A stretch of 64,000 bases of DNA from an uncultured Muribaculaceae bacterium. Its GTDB lineage: Bacteria; Bacillota_I; Bacilli_A; RF39; UBA660. A program made the position numbers and the translations under genes. This document shows positions 32,673 through 44,618 of the stretch, piece after piece (within the stretch, counting starts at the first letter, position 1; each line of letters starts with the position of its first letter). The notes under the pieces are model-generated. The model worked only from the letters and a program-made list of their open reading frames with translations, had not been told where the DNA came from and searched no databases. The stretch covers positions 3,488 through 67,487 of the forward strand of contig CAYZRY010000002.1 of the NCBI GenBank assembly GCA_964481005.1, in the 5' to 3' direction.

Positions 32673-33293
32673 TTACTCTTCTTCTTTTTTCTTTAATTTA
32701 ATGACTACGTAACGATTAGGTTCTTCCCCTGCACTCTCAGTATAGACAAATCTATCATTACCTAGAACATTGTGAACAATTCTTCGTTCATAAGAATTCA
32801 TTGGATCAAGCTTAGCTTCAATTTTAGTTTTAGCTACTTCCCTAGCAATTCTTTTTGCCATTCTCTCTAGATTGTTTTCTTGTTTTTGTTTATACTGTGC
32901 AACATCAAGATTATATTTAAAAGTAAATGGCACTTCATTATTTAACATTTGTCTTGTAATTTGGTTCAAAGCAGAGATTGTTCTTCCCTCTTTACCTATT
33001 AAAATAGCATTGTTATCACTGAAAATCGTATAGTTGTAAATTCCATCTCTAACAGTTGTTTCAATTTTTATATCAAGTCCCATTTTAGCTGTAAGATTTG
33101 TCAAAAATTCTTTAATTAATAGTGATACATCTTCTTTTTTATAAATAGTTAATTCTATTTTTTTACTTTTGAATAGTCCAGCTTTCTGCTCTTCTTCTTT
33201 AACGTATACTTCTTCTTCGTTAACGTTTAGTTCATATAGAGCTAGGTTTAGGGCTTCAGATTTAGTTTTTCCTACATATGTGTATGTTTTCAT
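32673..33293 (-). CDS. khpB: RNA-binding protein KhpB/Jag (KH + R3H)
   Basis: 206 aa with Jag-N, KH and C-terminal R3H (..YERRIVHNVL..). Downstream of yidC as in Bacillus spoIIIJ-jag. Confidence 0.8.
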   Translation of the reverse strand: MKTYTYVGKTKSEALNLALYELNVNEEEVYVKEEEQKAGLFKSKKIELTIYKKEDVSLLIKEFLTNLTAKMGLDIKIETTVRDGIYNYTIFSDNNAILIGKEGRTISALNQITRQMLNNEVPFTFKYNLDVAQYKQKQENNLERMAKRIAREVAKTKIEAKLDPMNSYERRIVHNVLGNDRFVYTESAGEEPNRYVVIKLKKKEEE

Positions 33294-34216
33294 GCTTTTT
33301 TCTCCTTCTTTATAATCATATTTTGAATTATTGTGAATAAATTAGAAGTAACCCAGTATATTCCAAGGGCAGATGACATGAAGACAGCCATTACTGTGAT
33401 CATACCAGTCATCATATTACCCATTGATTTACCCTGTTTTGCATCTATTGATGCCATGTTTTTACTAAATGATAGCCATGTTGTGTAACCAACTAAAGCA
33501 AGAATAATTATGTATTGCCAGTTGCCATTCATAAAACCTACAAGTGGAGTTGTTCCAAGTTGAAAGCTTAAAAACTTTTCTTCAAATATTGCTGGAACTC
33601 GGCTTATTGCTTCGAAGAATCCAATGAAAATTGGTAATTGAATAAATGCTAGAAGACAACTTGATAATGGATTGACTTCATATTTTTGATAAAGAGCTGA
33701 CATTTCCTGACTTTTCTTCATCATTGAGTCTTGATCATTCTTATCTTTATACTTATCTTCGATTCTAGCCATTTCAGGTTTAAGCTTATTCATGTTTTCC
33801 GATTGTTTTGCTGTTTTACTAGTTACTGGGAACATCAATAATCTTATTAGAATACTTGTTATTACTAGGGCAAAACCATAACTTTTTACAATTGTTCCTA
33901 TTTTGATAATCATAAATGCAAGTGGTTTGACAAAAAGTGTTGCCCAAAGTCCTTCGTATCCTCCAGATGTTACTTTAAAATCTTTACATGCTGGTAGTTT
34001 TTCTAAATTTACTTGTTTAGGATATTTTTTATATATCTCTATTGTTTCTTTATCTGTTGGCTTACAAAGTATATTTTCTGTTAAACTCTGACCAGTTGTA
34101 GGGTTTTTAACACCTTTGTTAGTTTCTTTATCTTTTAAATTTACAGTACATGCTGTAAGAAAAAAGATCGATATAAGGAGAATAGTCAATATTTTTTTAT
34201 TTTTCATTTTTAACAC
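33290..34216 (-). CDS. yidC: membrane protein insertase YidC (lipoprotein type, SpoIIIJ-like)
   Basis: Lipobox LTAC after signal peptide; 308 aa 60-kDa inner-membrane insertase family. Confidence 0.85.
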   Translation of the reverse strand: MLKMKNKKILTILLISIFFLTACTVNLKDKETNKGVKNPTTGQSLTENILCKPTDKETIEIYKKYPKQVNLEKLPACKDFKVTSGGYEGLWATLFVKPLAFMIIKIGTIVKSYGFALVITSILIRLLMFPVTSKTAKQSENMNKLKPEMARIEDKYKDKNDQDSMMKKSQEMSALYQKYEVNPLSSCLLAFIQLPIFIGFFEAISRVPAIFEEKFLSFQLGTTPLVGFMNGNWQYIIILALVGYTTWLSFSKNMASIDAKQGKSMGNMMTGMITVMAVFMSSALGIYWVTSNLFTIIQNMIIKKEKKA

Positions 34217-34544
34217 CTCTATTTAGCTTATCAACTGCATCCATGAATAGTTTAGCGGTTGTTTCATATGAATCTATATCAAAGCCATTCCTAACTATTA
34301 TAATATAATCGTATTCATTTTGATAGTTATTTTTATTTTGATCGATTATCATTCTTAGTTGTCTTTTTATTTTGTTTCTCTTTACGGCGCTACCTATTTT
34401 TTTACCAATCGATATACCAAAACGATATGTTTTATATTCATTCTTATATATATATATTGAAAAAGAGCTATTAGAATAGTATCTTCCATTTTTAATAGCT
34501 ACGGTAAAATCTTCGTTATCTTTGACTATGTTAATCTTCTTCAT
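34197..34544 (-). CDS. rnpA: ribonuclease P protein component
   Basis: 115 aa basic protein directly downstream of rpmH; RnpA motif region (..ISIGKKIGSAVKRNKIKRQLR..). Confidence 0.85.
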   Translation of the reverse strand: MKKINIVKDNEDFTVAIKNGRYYSNSSFSIYIYKNEYKTYRFGISIGKKIGSAVKRNKIKRQLRMIIDQNKNNYQNEYDYIIIVRNGFDIDSYETTAKLFMDAVDKLNRGVKNEK

Positions 34545-34597
34545 AGGTCACCTTCCAATAACATTATATAATAAAAAACCCACTATTAAAGTGGTTT

Positions 34598-34714
34598 TTA
34601 TACTAATTTTTTTCTTCCCCTAGCTCTTCTTCTTTTTAAAACAGATTTAGAAGTAGCAAAAAAACCGTGTACTTTTGCTTTTTTTCTCTTGTTAGGTTGA
34701 TAAGTTCTTTTCAT
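34598..34714 (-). CDS. rpmH: 50S ribosomal protein L34
   Basis: Not in ORF track (short). Hand translation of minus strand: [38 protein letters not shown]; classic rpmH-rnpA-yidC order. Confidence 0.85.
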   Translation of the reverse strand: MKRTYQPNKRKKAKVHGFFATSKSVLKRRRARGRKKLV

Positions 34715-34779
34715 AATACACCTCCAAACTTAAAATCTACACAATTATATATTACTTATTAGTCATTTGTCAATTATTT

Positions 34780-34925
34780 TTACTTATAAACATATTAACA
34801 ACTATGTTGATAATTATTTTAGACATGTTATTAAAAATTTGTGGAAATTGTTAATAACTTCGTTTATAATAACAAACTAACGATTTTAATTGTGGATATC
34901 TTTGTGGATATCTTGTGAACACTCT
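34780..34925. promoter_or_regulatory. oriC upstream DnaA-box cluster and dnaA promoter region
   Basis: DnaA-box-like 9-mers: TGTTGATAA (34805), TGTGGAAAT (34840), TGTGGATAT (34891 and 34904, 13 bp apart), TGTGAACAC (34915). AT-rich; strand switch of all genes here. Confidence 0.7.
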
Positions 34926-35009
34926 TTTTGAGGGGTTTTCAACTTTATTTTTTTTAACATTTGATATAAACTTAATTTAAGAAATGTTTATAGGTTTGGG
35001 GGAGGAATT

Positions 35010-36362
35010 ATGGATTTAGATAACGTATGGCATCAAACTCTTGAAATAATTAAAAATGAACTTAATCTCCTTGCTTTTCAAACTTGGTTTGAGAACACTA
35101 AAATAGATAGTATTAAAGATAATACTGTCACTATTATAGTCCCTTATTCTATTCACAAACAACATATGGAGACTAATTATAAAGATATTATAGTTAATGC
35201 TCTAAAACTTATTAACAATGAAACTTATGAACTTAAATTTGTATTAGAGACTGAAGTTGAAGAAATCGAAATACTAGATGTTAGTCAACCAGTCAAAGAA
35301 AAGAAAAATGATAGTTTTATAACTAATCTTAATCCAAATTATACTTTTGATACATTTGTCGTAGGTAACAGTAATCGATTTGCACATGCTGCTTCATTAG
35401 CGGTAGCTGAAAATCCTGGTAAAATATACAATCCACTGTTCATTTATGGTAATAGTGGACTAGGTAAAACCCATTTGATGCATGCGATTGGTAATTACAC
35501 TTCGCAGTACAGTGATAAAAAGGTTCTATATATAACTAGTGAACAATTTATCAACGATTATGTTTCAATTAATCGACGTGATGATAAAACAAACAATTTT
35601 GAATACGTTGATCTATTTAAAAGTAAATACCGTGATGTCGACGTTCTGATTATCGATGATATTCAGTATTTAGGCGGAGCGACCGAGACACAGAAAGAAT
35701 TCTTTCAAACGTTTAATACTTTATATGAAAATAAAAAACAAATTATTATATCTTCGGATACTTCGCCAAACGATTTAAAAAGACTTGAAGATCGTTTAAT
35801 AACAAGATTTTCATGGGGATTGACAGTAGATATATATCCTCCTGATTACGAGCTTAGATACGAAATATTAAAGAAAAAGATAGCAGGGGAGTCAATTGGA
35901 ATTAAAATACCAAATGACGTTATCGAGTTTATTGCCTCATCTATCAGTGGAAATATAAGAGCTCTCGAAGGATCAATTAATAGATTATTAGCTTATTCTA
36001 CAATAATGAACCTAGAAATAGACATAAATGTCGCCAAAGAAGCTCTAAAAGACTTTATAAATAAAGGCACTAGTGAAAAGAACGATATAACTAAAATTCA
36101 AAAGGTTGTCGCTAATTACTTTGGAATTGCTGTCGAAGATCTAAAATCTAAGAAAAGAAACAAAGAAATTATTTTACCTAGACAAATAGCTATGTATCTA
36201 GCAAGACAACACACTGATGAGTCTTTCCCTAAAATAGGTAGTGAATTTGGTGGTAAAGACCATTCGACAGTCATTCATTCTTGTGATAAAATAGAACAAG
36301 AGTTAAAAAAGAATAAAGAGATTAAAATGATAGTTGAAAAACTTCAGAAAGAGATAACATAA
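35010..36362 (+). CDS. dnaA: chromosomal replication initiator protein DnaA
   Basis: AAA+ GNSGLGKTHL Walker A, C-terminal DNA-binding domain, 450 aa. Confidence 0.97.
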   Translation: MDLDNVWHQTLEIIKNELNLLAFQTWFENTKIDSIKDNTVTIIVPYSIHKQHMETNYKDIIVNALKLINNETYELKFVLETEVEEIEILDVSQPVKEKKNDSFITNLNPNYTFDTFVVGNSNRFAHAASLAVAENPGKIYNPLFIYGNSGLGKTHLMHAIGNYTSQYSDKKVLYITSEQFINDYVSINRRDDKTNNFEYVDLFKSKYRDVDVLIIDDIQYLGGATETQKEFFQTFNTLYENKKQIIISSDTSPNDLKRLEDRLITRFSWGLTVDIYPPDYELRYEILKKKIAGESIGIKIPNDVIEFIASSISGNIRALEGSINRLLAYSTIMNLEIDINVAKEALKDFINKGTSEKNDITKIQKVVANYFGIAVEDLKSKKRNKEIILPRQIAMYLARQHTDESFPKIGSEFGGKDHSTVIHSCDKIEQELKKNKEIKMIVEKLQKEIT

Positions 36363-36469
36363 TATTAACAAGCCTGTTGATACTAAAACGTTATATTTCA
36401 TACAAAAATTAACTTATTAACAGTATTAACACTAATATAGATAATATTTATAAAAAGAAAGAGGTAATC
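36363..36469. promoter_or_regulatory. dnaA-dnaN intergenic AT-rich region (probable DNA unwinding element of oriC)
   Basis: Over 80% AT, position equivalent to B. subtilis incC/DUE; weak DnaA-box-like TGTTGATAC. Confidence 0.45.
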
Positions 36470-37594
36470 ATGAAATTAAAAATTAAAAGAGAAGTTCTAT
36501 TAAATGCTCTTAACAAGGTATCTAAAGCCATATCAAGTAAAAATCTTATTCCTGTTCTATCTGGAATTAAATTTAAACTAGATAAGAAAGGTTTAAATCT
36601 ATTAGCATCTGATAACGATATAACAATCGAAGTATTCATTCCTATAAATAAAGAAGATATGACAATTGAAAAAGAGGGAAGTATTATTATATCTGGTAAA
36701 TACATATTAGATATAATAAGAAAACTTAATTCAGAATATATAAATATTGAAGTCGTAGATGAATTAAAGATCGTTGTCTATACTGAAAGTAGTGAATTTA
36801 ATTTAAATGGAATCAATCAAAGTGAATATCCTAATATAAATATTGAACTTGCGGATAATCCAATAGTAATAAACAATAAAATGTTAAAGACTATTGTATA
36901 TCAGACTTCTTTTGTAACATCAAATGATGAAGCAAGACCAATATTAACAGGTATTAATCTATTAATTAATAATAAAGAGATTGAATGTAATGCTACAGAT
37001 TCATATAGATTAGCTAAAAAGGTAGTTAAGTTAAGTAAAAAAGTTGATGAAGCTCAAAATATAGTTATTCCAAGTAAGAATATTAATGAATTTATCAAAA
37101 TACTTGATGATAATGATAGTGAAGTAGAGATCCATGTATTTACAAATAAAATTGTATTTAAATATGACAATATTCTATTTCAATCTAGATTAATTAATGG
37201 AAGTTTCCCAAATACTAATAATTTGTTTCCGACAGAATATCTACTTAAGATTAAATTCAATATAAATGAATTATATAATGTTATTGATAGAGCAAGTATT
37301 TTGACCTCTGATCGTGAAAAGAATGTTGTAACTCTTGAAACTGAAGGAAATCAATTAACTGTTAGATCTCAATCAGCTGAAATAGGGCGAGTTGAAGAAA
37401 AAATGACAATTGAGAAAGATAGTAAAGAAGATATTAAAATATCTTTCAGTGCTAAATACATGATGGAAGCTTTAAAATCATTCGATGAAGAAGAAGTTGA
37501 AATATCATTTGTTGGTGAAGTAAAACCTATAATTATTAAGAAAATTAACAAAGAAGATTTAATTCAATTAGTTTTACCAATAAGAACTTATTAA
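36470..37594 (+). CDS. dnaN: DNA polymerase III beta sliding clamp
   Basis: 374 aa, three-domain beta-clamp, follows dnaA. Confidence 0.95.
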   Translation: MKLKIKREVLLNALNKVSKAISSKNLIPVLSGIKFKLDKKGLNLLASDNDITIEVFIPINKEDMTIEKEGSIIISGKYILDIIRKLNSEYINIEVVDELKIVVYTESSEFNLNGINQSEYPNINIELADNPIVINNKMLKTIVYQTSFVTSNDEARPILTGINLLINNKEIECNATDSYRLAKKVVKLSKKVDEAQNIVIPSKNINEFIKILDDNDSEVEIHVFTNKIVFKYDNILFQSRLINGSFPNTNNLFPTEYLLKIKFNINELYNVIDRASILTSDREKNVVTLETEGNQLTVRSQSAEIGRVEEKMTIEKDSKEDIKISFSAKYMMEALKSFDEEEVEISFVGEVKPIIIKKINKEDLIQLVLPIRTY

Positions 37595-37595
37595 T

Positions 37596-37625
37596 TTCGA
37601 CAAAAAACGACAAAATTCGACAAAA
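37596..37625 (+). repeat. three tandem 10-bp direct repeats TTCGACAAAA / AACGACAAAA / TTCGACAAAA upstream of comK-like gene
   Basis: Read directly: CGACAAAA core repeated with exactly 10-bp (one helical turn) phase, abutting a TTGATA -35-like hexamer at 37630. Confidence 0.6.
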
Positions 37626-37671
37626 GTAATTGATATACTTTCCTCATAATTTTTTATGAAGGGGGAAATGT

Positions 37672-38124
37672 ATGAAAAATTATGAAATTAATGAAGATAC
37701 TATGGCTATTGTTCCAGTATCATATTATGAAAGTTTAATTAAAGAGAAGGATAGGGAATTCATTATTAACAACAATTCTTATAAAATAATGGAATATAGT
37801 TGTGAATATTATGGAAGTACTATCGGTGGTCGTTTAAAAGCAGCTAAAAAGATATTTGATTGTCCTTATAAGACACCGCTTTTAATCGAAGAAAGTGAAA
37901 ATATTATCTTTTTTCCGACTAAATCTGCCAAAGATGAAGATTGTTTATGGATTAATAATAATTATGTTGAAAAGATAATTAAAAAAGATGGAACAAGTGT
38001 CTTATTATTCACAAATGGTGATTCAATTAATATTAATACATCTAAGCTATCACTAGAAAATCAAGTTGCCAGATCAGCAAGATATGAAAACATATTAAGA
38101 AAAAGAAAATTATCTACAAAATAA
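37672..38124 (+). CDS. comK: ComK-family competence transcription factor homolog
   Basis: 150 aa. Blocks matching B. subtilis ComK as I remember it: AIVP, SCEYYGSTIGGRLKAAK (vs SCRFFGSSYAGRKAG), IIFFPTKS (vs IFLFPTLS), CLWIN (vs CGWIS), SLENQVARSARYENIL (vs SFENQVYRTAWLRTKF). Confidence 0.65.
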   Translation: MKNYEINEDTMAIVPVSYYESLIKEKDREFIINNNSYKIMEYSCEYYGSTIGGRLKAAKKIFDCPYKTPLLIEESENIIFFPTKSAKDEDCLWINNNYVEKIIKKDGTSVLLFTNGDSININTSKLSLENQVARSARYENILRKRKLSTK

Positions 38125-38150
38125 AAGAGAGTATATCTCTTTTTTTATTT
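38124..38150 (+). terminator. rho-independent terminator after comK-like gene
   Basis: AAAGAGA-GTATA-TCTCTTT followed by TTTTTATTTT. Confidence 0.55.
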
Positions 38151-38240
38151 TAAATAGGTAAATTTCGTGATATAATATTTATATGTACTCTTCCACTAAT
38201 AAATGATAATTTACAAAATAGGGCGGTTTAAAGGTGAAAA

Positions 38241-41262
<3,022 letters not shown>

Positions 41263-41270
41263 GAGGAATT

Positions 41271-43754
41271 ATGGCAGATTTTTATAAAGATTTACAATTA
41301 TCACATGAAATAAAGAAGTCTTTTCTAGATTATGCAATGAGTGTAATTGTTTCACGTGCATTACCTGATGTAAAAGACGGATTAAAACCAGTTCAACGTA
41401 GAATTGTCTATGGAATGAATGAGCTTGGTGCAGTTGCAAGCAGTCCACATAAGAAAAGTGCTCGTATTACCGGAGATGTTATGGGTAAATATCATCCGCA
41501 CGGTGATTCAAGTATTTATGATGCACTAGTTAGGATGGCTCAGGACTTTTCATATCGTTATATGTTGGTCGATGGACACGGTAACTTTGGTTCAATTGAT
41601 GGAGATGGTGCTGCAGCACAACGTTATACTGAAGCCAGAATGTCTAAATTAAGTATGGAACTTGTTCGTGATATGAACAAAAACACAGTTGATTTTACTC
41701 AAAACTATGATGGTGAAGAGAAAGAACCGACAGTTTTGCCAGCAAGATTTCCAAACCTTTTAGTAAATGGATCAACAGGTATTGCAGTTGGTATGGCAAC
41801 TAATATACCACCACATAACCTAGGTGAAGTAATTGATGGAACGGTCGCATTATTAGATAATCCAGAGATCGATATTGATGGATTGATGGAATATATCAAA
41901 GGGCCAGACTTTCCAACAGGAGCAACAATTCTAGGAAATGCAGGTATCAAAAAAGGATACGAAACAGGACGCGGAATAGTTACAATTAGATCTAAAGCCG
42001 AAATTCATGAAATGGATAATGGAAAACATCAAATAATTGTTACAGAAATCCCGTATATGGTAAATAAAGCTAATTTAGTTACTAAAATTGCTGATTTAGT
42101 TAGAAATAAAAATATAGATGGTATCACTGATTTACGTGACGAATCTAGTATGAAGGGAATAAAAATTGTAATCGAAGTACGTCGCGATGCAAACGCTAAC
42201 GTTATTTTGAATCAATTATACAAACAAACTTCTCTTCAGCAAACGTTTGGTATCAACAGTATTGCGTTAGTTGATGGAGAACCTAGAACACTATCTATTA
42301 AAGAAATGCTTGAGAAATATATTGAACATCAAAAGATAGTTATAATTAGAAGAACTAGATTTGATTTAGAAAAAGCTGAAGCTAGAGAACATATATTACA
42401 TGGTTTAGCAATTGCGTTAGATAATATTGATGCTATTGTTAAAATGCTAAAAGAGTCACCAGATGATGAAACAGCAACTAAAAATTTGATAAATACATTT
42501 AATTTAACTGAAATTCAAGCAAAAGCTATTCTAGAAATGAAACTTCGCCGATTAACTGGTCTAGAAAGAGACAAAATTAATCAAGAGTTAGAAGAATTAA
42601 AGAATTTAATTATTGAACTTAATTCAATTCTCCAAGATGATCAAAAAGTTATTAATATTATTAAAACCGAATTGTTAGAAATCAAAGATAAATACGGAGA
42701 TGAGCGAAGAACTAATATTGATATGAGTTCAATCGATTACATCGAAGATGAGTCATTGATCCCTGAAGAGAACATACTAATAACACTAACTAACAAAGGT
42801 TATATTAAACGCGTAGTAAATGACACATTTAAAACTCAAAACCGTGGAGGCGTTGGTATTAAAGGGATTACAACTAATGAAGAGGACTTCCCAGAGAAAA
42901 TAATGTCAATGAATACTCATGATTTCGTCTTACTGTTTAGTAATTACGGAAAAGTATACAGAATTAAAGGTTATGAAATTCCTGAGTTTAGTAGACAATC
43001 AAAAGGATTGCCAATAATTAATTTATTACCAATCGAAAAAGAAGAAAAAATAACTTCATCAATAATGATCAAAGCTGAAGAAGAAGAAAGTAAATATCTT
43101 ATCTTCGTTACAAAAGATGGTTTAATTAAAAGAACTGATCTAAGTGAATTTGACAGTATTAGAAAAAATGGTAAGATTGCAATTCTTCTTAAAGAAGGAG
43201 ACGAGTTAATAGCTGTTAGAAAATCTGATGGTTCAAAAGAAGTAGCAGTCGCTGCAAGTAATGGACGTATGGTTAGATTCGATGAAAATGAAGTTAGAGT
43301 AATGGGACGTAATAGTTCTGGAGTTAAAGCGATTAACTTTGAAGATGATAAAGTCATAGGTGCCGAAGTAGTAGATGCTGAATCTGAAATACTTGTTATT
43401 ACCGAAAACGGTTACGGTAAGAGAACAACTGTAGATGAATATCGTCTAACACATCGTGGAAGCAAAGGAGTTAAAGCTCTAAATATTACTGAAAAGAACG
43501 GTAAATTAGTTTCTATGAAATGTGTTTACGGTGATGAAGATATTGTCATCATCACTGATTTAGGAATGCTAATTAGAATTTCAACTGACGGAATATCTAA
43601 GTTAGGAAGAACAACTCAAGGAGTTAAACTTATCAATCTTAAAGAAGATCAAAAAGTTTCAACTGTTACAACTATTAGTAAAGAAGAGGAAAACAACGAA
43701 GAAACAACTGAAGAAATTGTTGAAGAACTTGAAAATTCCGAAGAAATAATATAA
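41271..43754 (+). CDS. gyrA: DNA gyrase subunit A
   Basis: 827 aa, catalytic Tyr region (..[27 protein letters not shown]..), C-terminal beta-pinwheel repeats, acidic tail. Confidence 0.96.
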   Translation: MADFYKDLQLSHEIKKSFLDYAMSVIVSRALPDVKDGLKPVQRRIVYGMNELGAVASSPHKKSARITGDVMGKYHPHGDSSIYDALVRMAQDFSYRYMLVDGHGNFGSIDGDGAAAQRYTEARMSKLSMELVRDMNKNTVDFTQNYDGEEKEPTVLPARFPNLLVNGSTGIAVGMATNIPPHNLGEVIDGTVALLDNPEIDIDGLMEYIKGPDFPTGATILGNAGIKKGYETGRGIVTIRSKAEIHEMDNGKHQIIVTEIPYMVNKANLVTKIADLVRNKNIDGITDLRDESSMKGIKIVIEVRRDANANVILNQLYKQTSLQQTFGINSIALVDGEPRTLSIKEMLEKYIEHQKIVIIRRTRFDLEKAEAREHILHGLAIALDNIDAIVKMLKESPDDETATKNLINTFNLTEIQAKAILEMKLRRLTGLERDKINQELEELKNLIIELNSILQDDQKVINIIKTELLEIKDKYGDERRTNIDMSSIDYIEDESLIPEENILITLTNKGYIKRVVNDTFKTQNRGGVGIKGITTNEEDFPEKIMSMNTHDFVLLFSNYGKVYRIKGYEIPEFSRQSKGLPIINLLPIEKEEKITSSIMIKAEEEESKYLIFVTKDGLIKRTDLSEFDSIRKNGKIAILLKEGDELIAVRKSDGSKEVAVAASNGRMVRFDENEVRVMGRNSSGVKAINFEDDKVIGAEVVDAESEILVITENGYGKRTTVDEYRLTHRGSKGVKALNITEKNGKLVSMKCVYGDEDIVIITDLGMLIRISTDGISKLGRTTQGVKLINLKEDQKVSTVTTISKEEENNEETTEEIVEELENSEEII

Positions 43755-43756
43755 AA

Positions 43757-43846
43757 TGTAAATGATGCAATGGATTGTATTAGAACCAGGTCAGGATAGG
43801 AATATAGCAGCCTTAATAGTTCTAATCCATGTGCATCATTTTTTTG
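43757..43846 (+). ncRNA. ffs: signal recognition particle RNA, small (4.5S-type, single hairpin)
   Basis: ACCAGGTCAGGATAGGAATATAGCAGCC matches SRP RNA domain IV (E. coli ACCAGGUCAGGUCCGGAAGGAAGCAGCC), with the GGAA tetraloop and both conserved loop strands intact. Closed by long stem AAATGATGCA-ATGGATT ... AATCCAT-GTGCATCATTT and terminal U7. Only ~100 nt between gyrA and tadA, so small type. Confidence 0.8.
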
Positions 43847-43855
43847 AGGTAATTT

Positions 43856-44287
43856 ATGGATGAAGATATTAAGTATATGAAGATAGCGCTTAACGAAGCA
43901 AAAAAAGCATTTAATAAAGAAGAATTGCCGATTGGCGCTGTATTAGTTATTGATGATCAAATTATTAAAGGGCATAATACTAAGCATAAAAGTAACAGAG
44001 TGATAAATCACGCAGAAATAATTGTTATTGATAAAGCTAATAAATTTAAAAACAATTGGAGACTATTAAACTCTACTATGTACGTAACATTAGAACCGTG
44101 CCCAATGTGTGCTAGTGCAATTGTTCAATCGAGAATAAAAAGATTAGTAATCGGAACTAAATCAGATCAAACACAAAGCAAAATTAGTAGAAAAATATTA
44201 AAAGATGCCGGAATAGAGGTTAAATATAACGTTTTGAAAGAAGAATGCGAGGAATTATTAAAAACATTTTTCATTGATAAACGATAA
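43856..44287 (+). CDS. tadA: tRNA-specific adenosine deaminase
   Basis: CDA fold zinc motifs HAE and PCPMC; 143 aa. Confidence 0.9.
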   Translation: MDEDIKYMKIALNEAKKAFNKEELPIGAVLVIDDQIIKGHNTKHKSNRVINHAEIIVIDKANKFKNNWRLLNSTMYVTLEPCPMCASAIVQSRIKRLVIGTKSDQTQSKISRKILKDAGIEVKYNVLKEECEELLKTFFIDKR

Positions 44288-44289
44288 AT

Positions 44290-44333
44290 ATGTTTCACGT
44301 GAAACATCAAAAATTATTTCCCGGGAAATAATT
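44290..44333. promoter_or_regulatory. composite parS + Noc-binding-site palindromes, copy 1
   Basis: ATGTTTCACGTGAAACAT (perfect 18-bp palindrome containing exact parS TGTTTCACGTGAAACA) at 44290-44307; 4-bp spacer; AATTATTTCCCGGGAAATAATT (22-bp perfect palindrome containing NBS core ATTTCCCGGGAAAT) at 44312-44333. Confidence 0.8.
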
Positions 44334-44352
44334 TGAAACAAAAAACTAAGCA

Positions 44353-44397
44353 ATGTTTCACGTGAAACATTAATAAATTATTTCCCGGGAAATAATT
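44353..44397. promoter_or_regulatory. composite parS + Noc-binding-site palindromes, copy 2
   Basis: Identical 18-bp parS palindrome 44353-44370, 5-bp spacer, identical 22-bp NBS palindrome 44376-44397. Confidence 0.8.
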
Positions 44398-44471
44398 TAA
44401 CACATAAAATTATAAAAAATGTACTAATAAATCATTTTTAAAAACTTGAAAATATAATACATAACAATCTA

Positions 44472-44515
44472 ATGTTTCACGTGAAACATTAGAAATTATT
44501 TCCCGGGAAATAATT
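44472..44515. promoter_or_regulatory. composite parS + Noc-binding-site palindromes, copy 3
   Basis: Identical 18-bp parS palindrome 44472-44489, 4-bp spacer, identical 22-bp NBS palindrome 44494-44515. Confidence 0.8.
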
Positions 44516-44544
44516 TAAGTAAATACTATTAATAAAGATAAATA

Positions 44545-44576
44545 AAAGAACATAAAACTTATGTTCTTTTTCTTTA
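44545..44576 (+). terminator. rho-independent terminator between palindrome array and dnaX promoter
   Basis: 11-bp stem AAAGAACATAA/TTATGTTCTTT with 3-nt loop, followed by TTCTTT; TATAAT-like hexamers just downstream. Confidence 0.7.
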
Positions 44577-44618
44577 TAATAAGGAGAAAAATGGTATAAT
44601 AAACATGTGAGGTGCATA

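Noticed and set aside
44290-44515. CRISPR array or RNA-hairpin repeat interpretation of the three repeated units
   Set aside because: Unit spacing is irregular (63 and 119 bp). There are no cas genes. Every element is a perfect palindrome through its centre (ACGT, CCGG). That is a signature of dimeric protein sites, matching parS and NBS exactly, not of CRISPR repeats or RNA stems.
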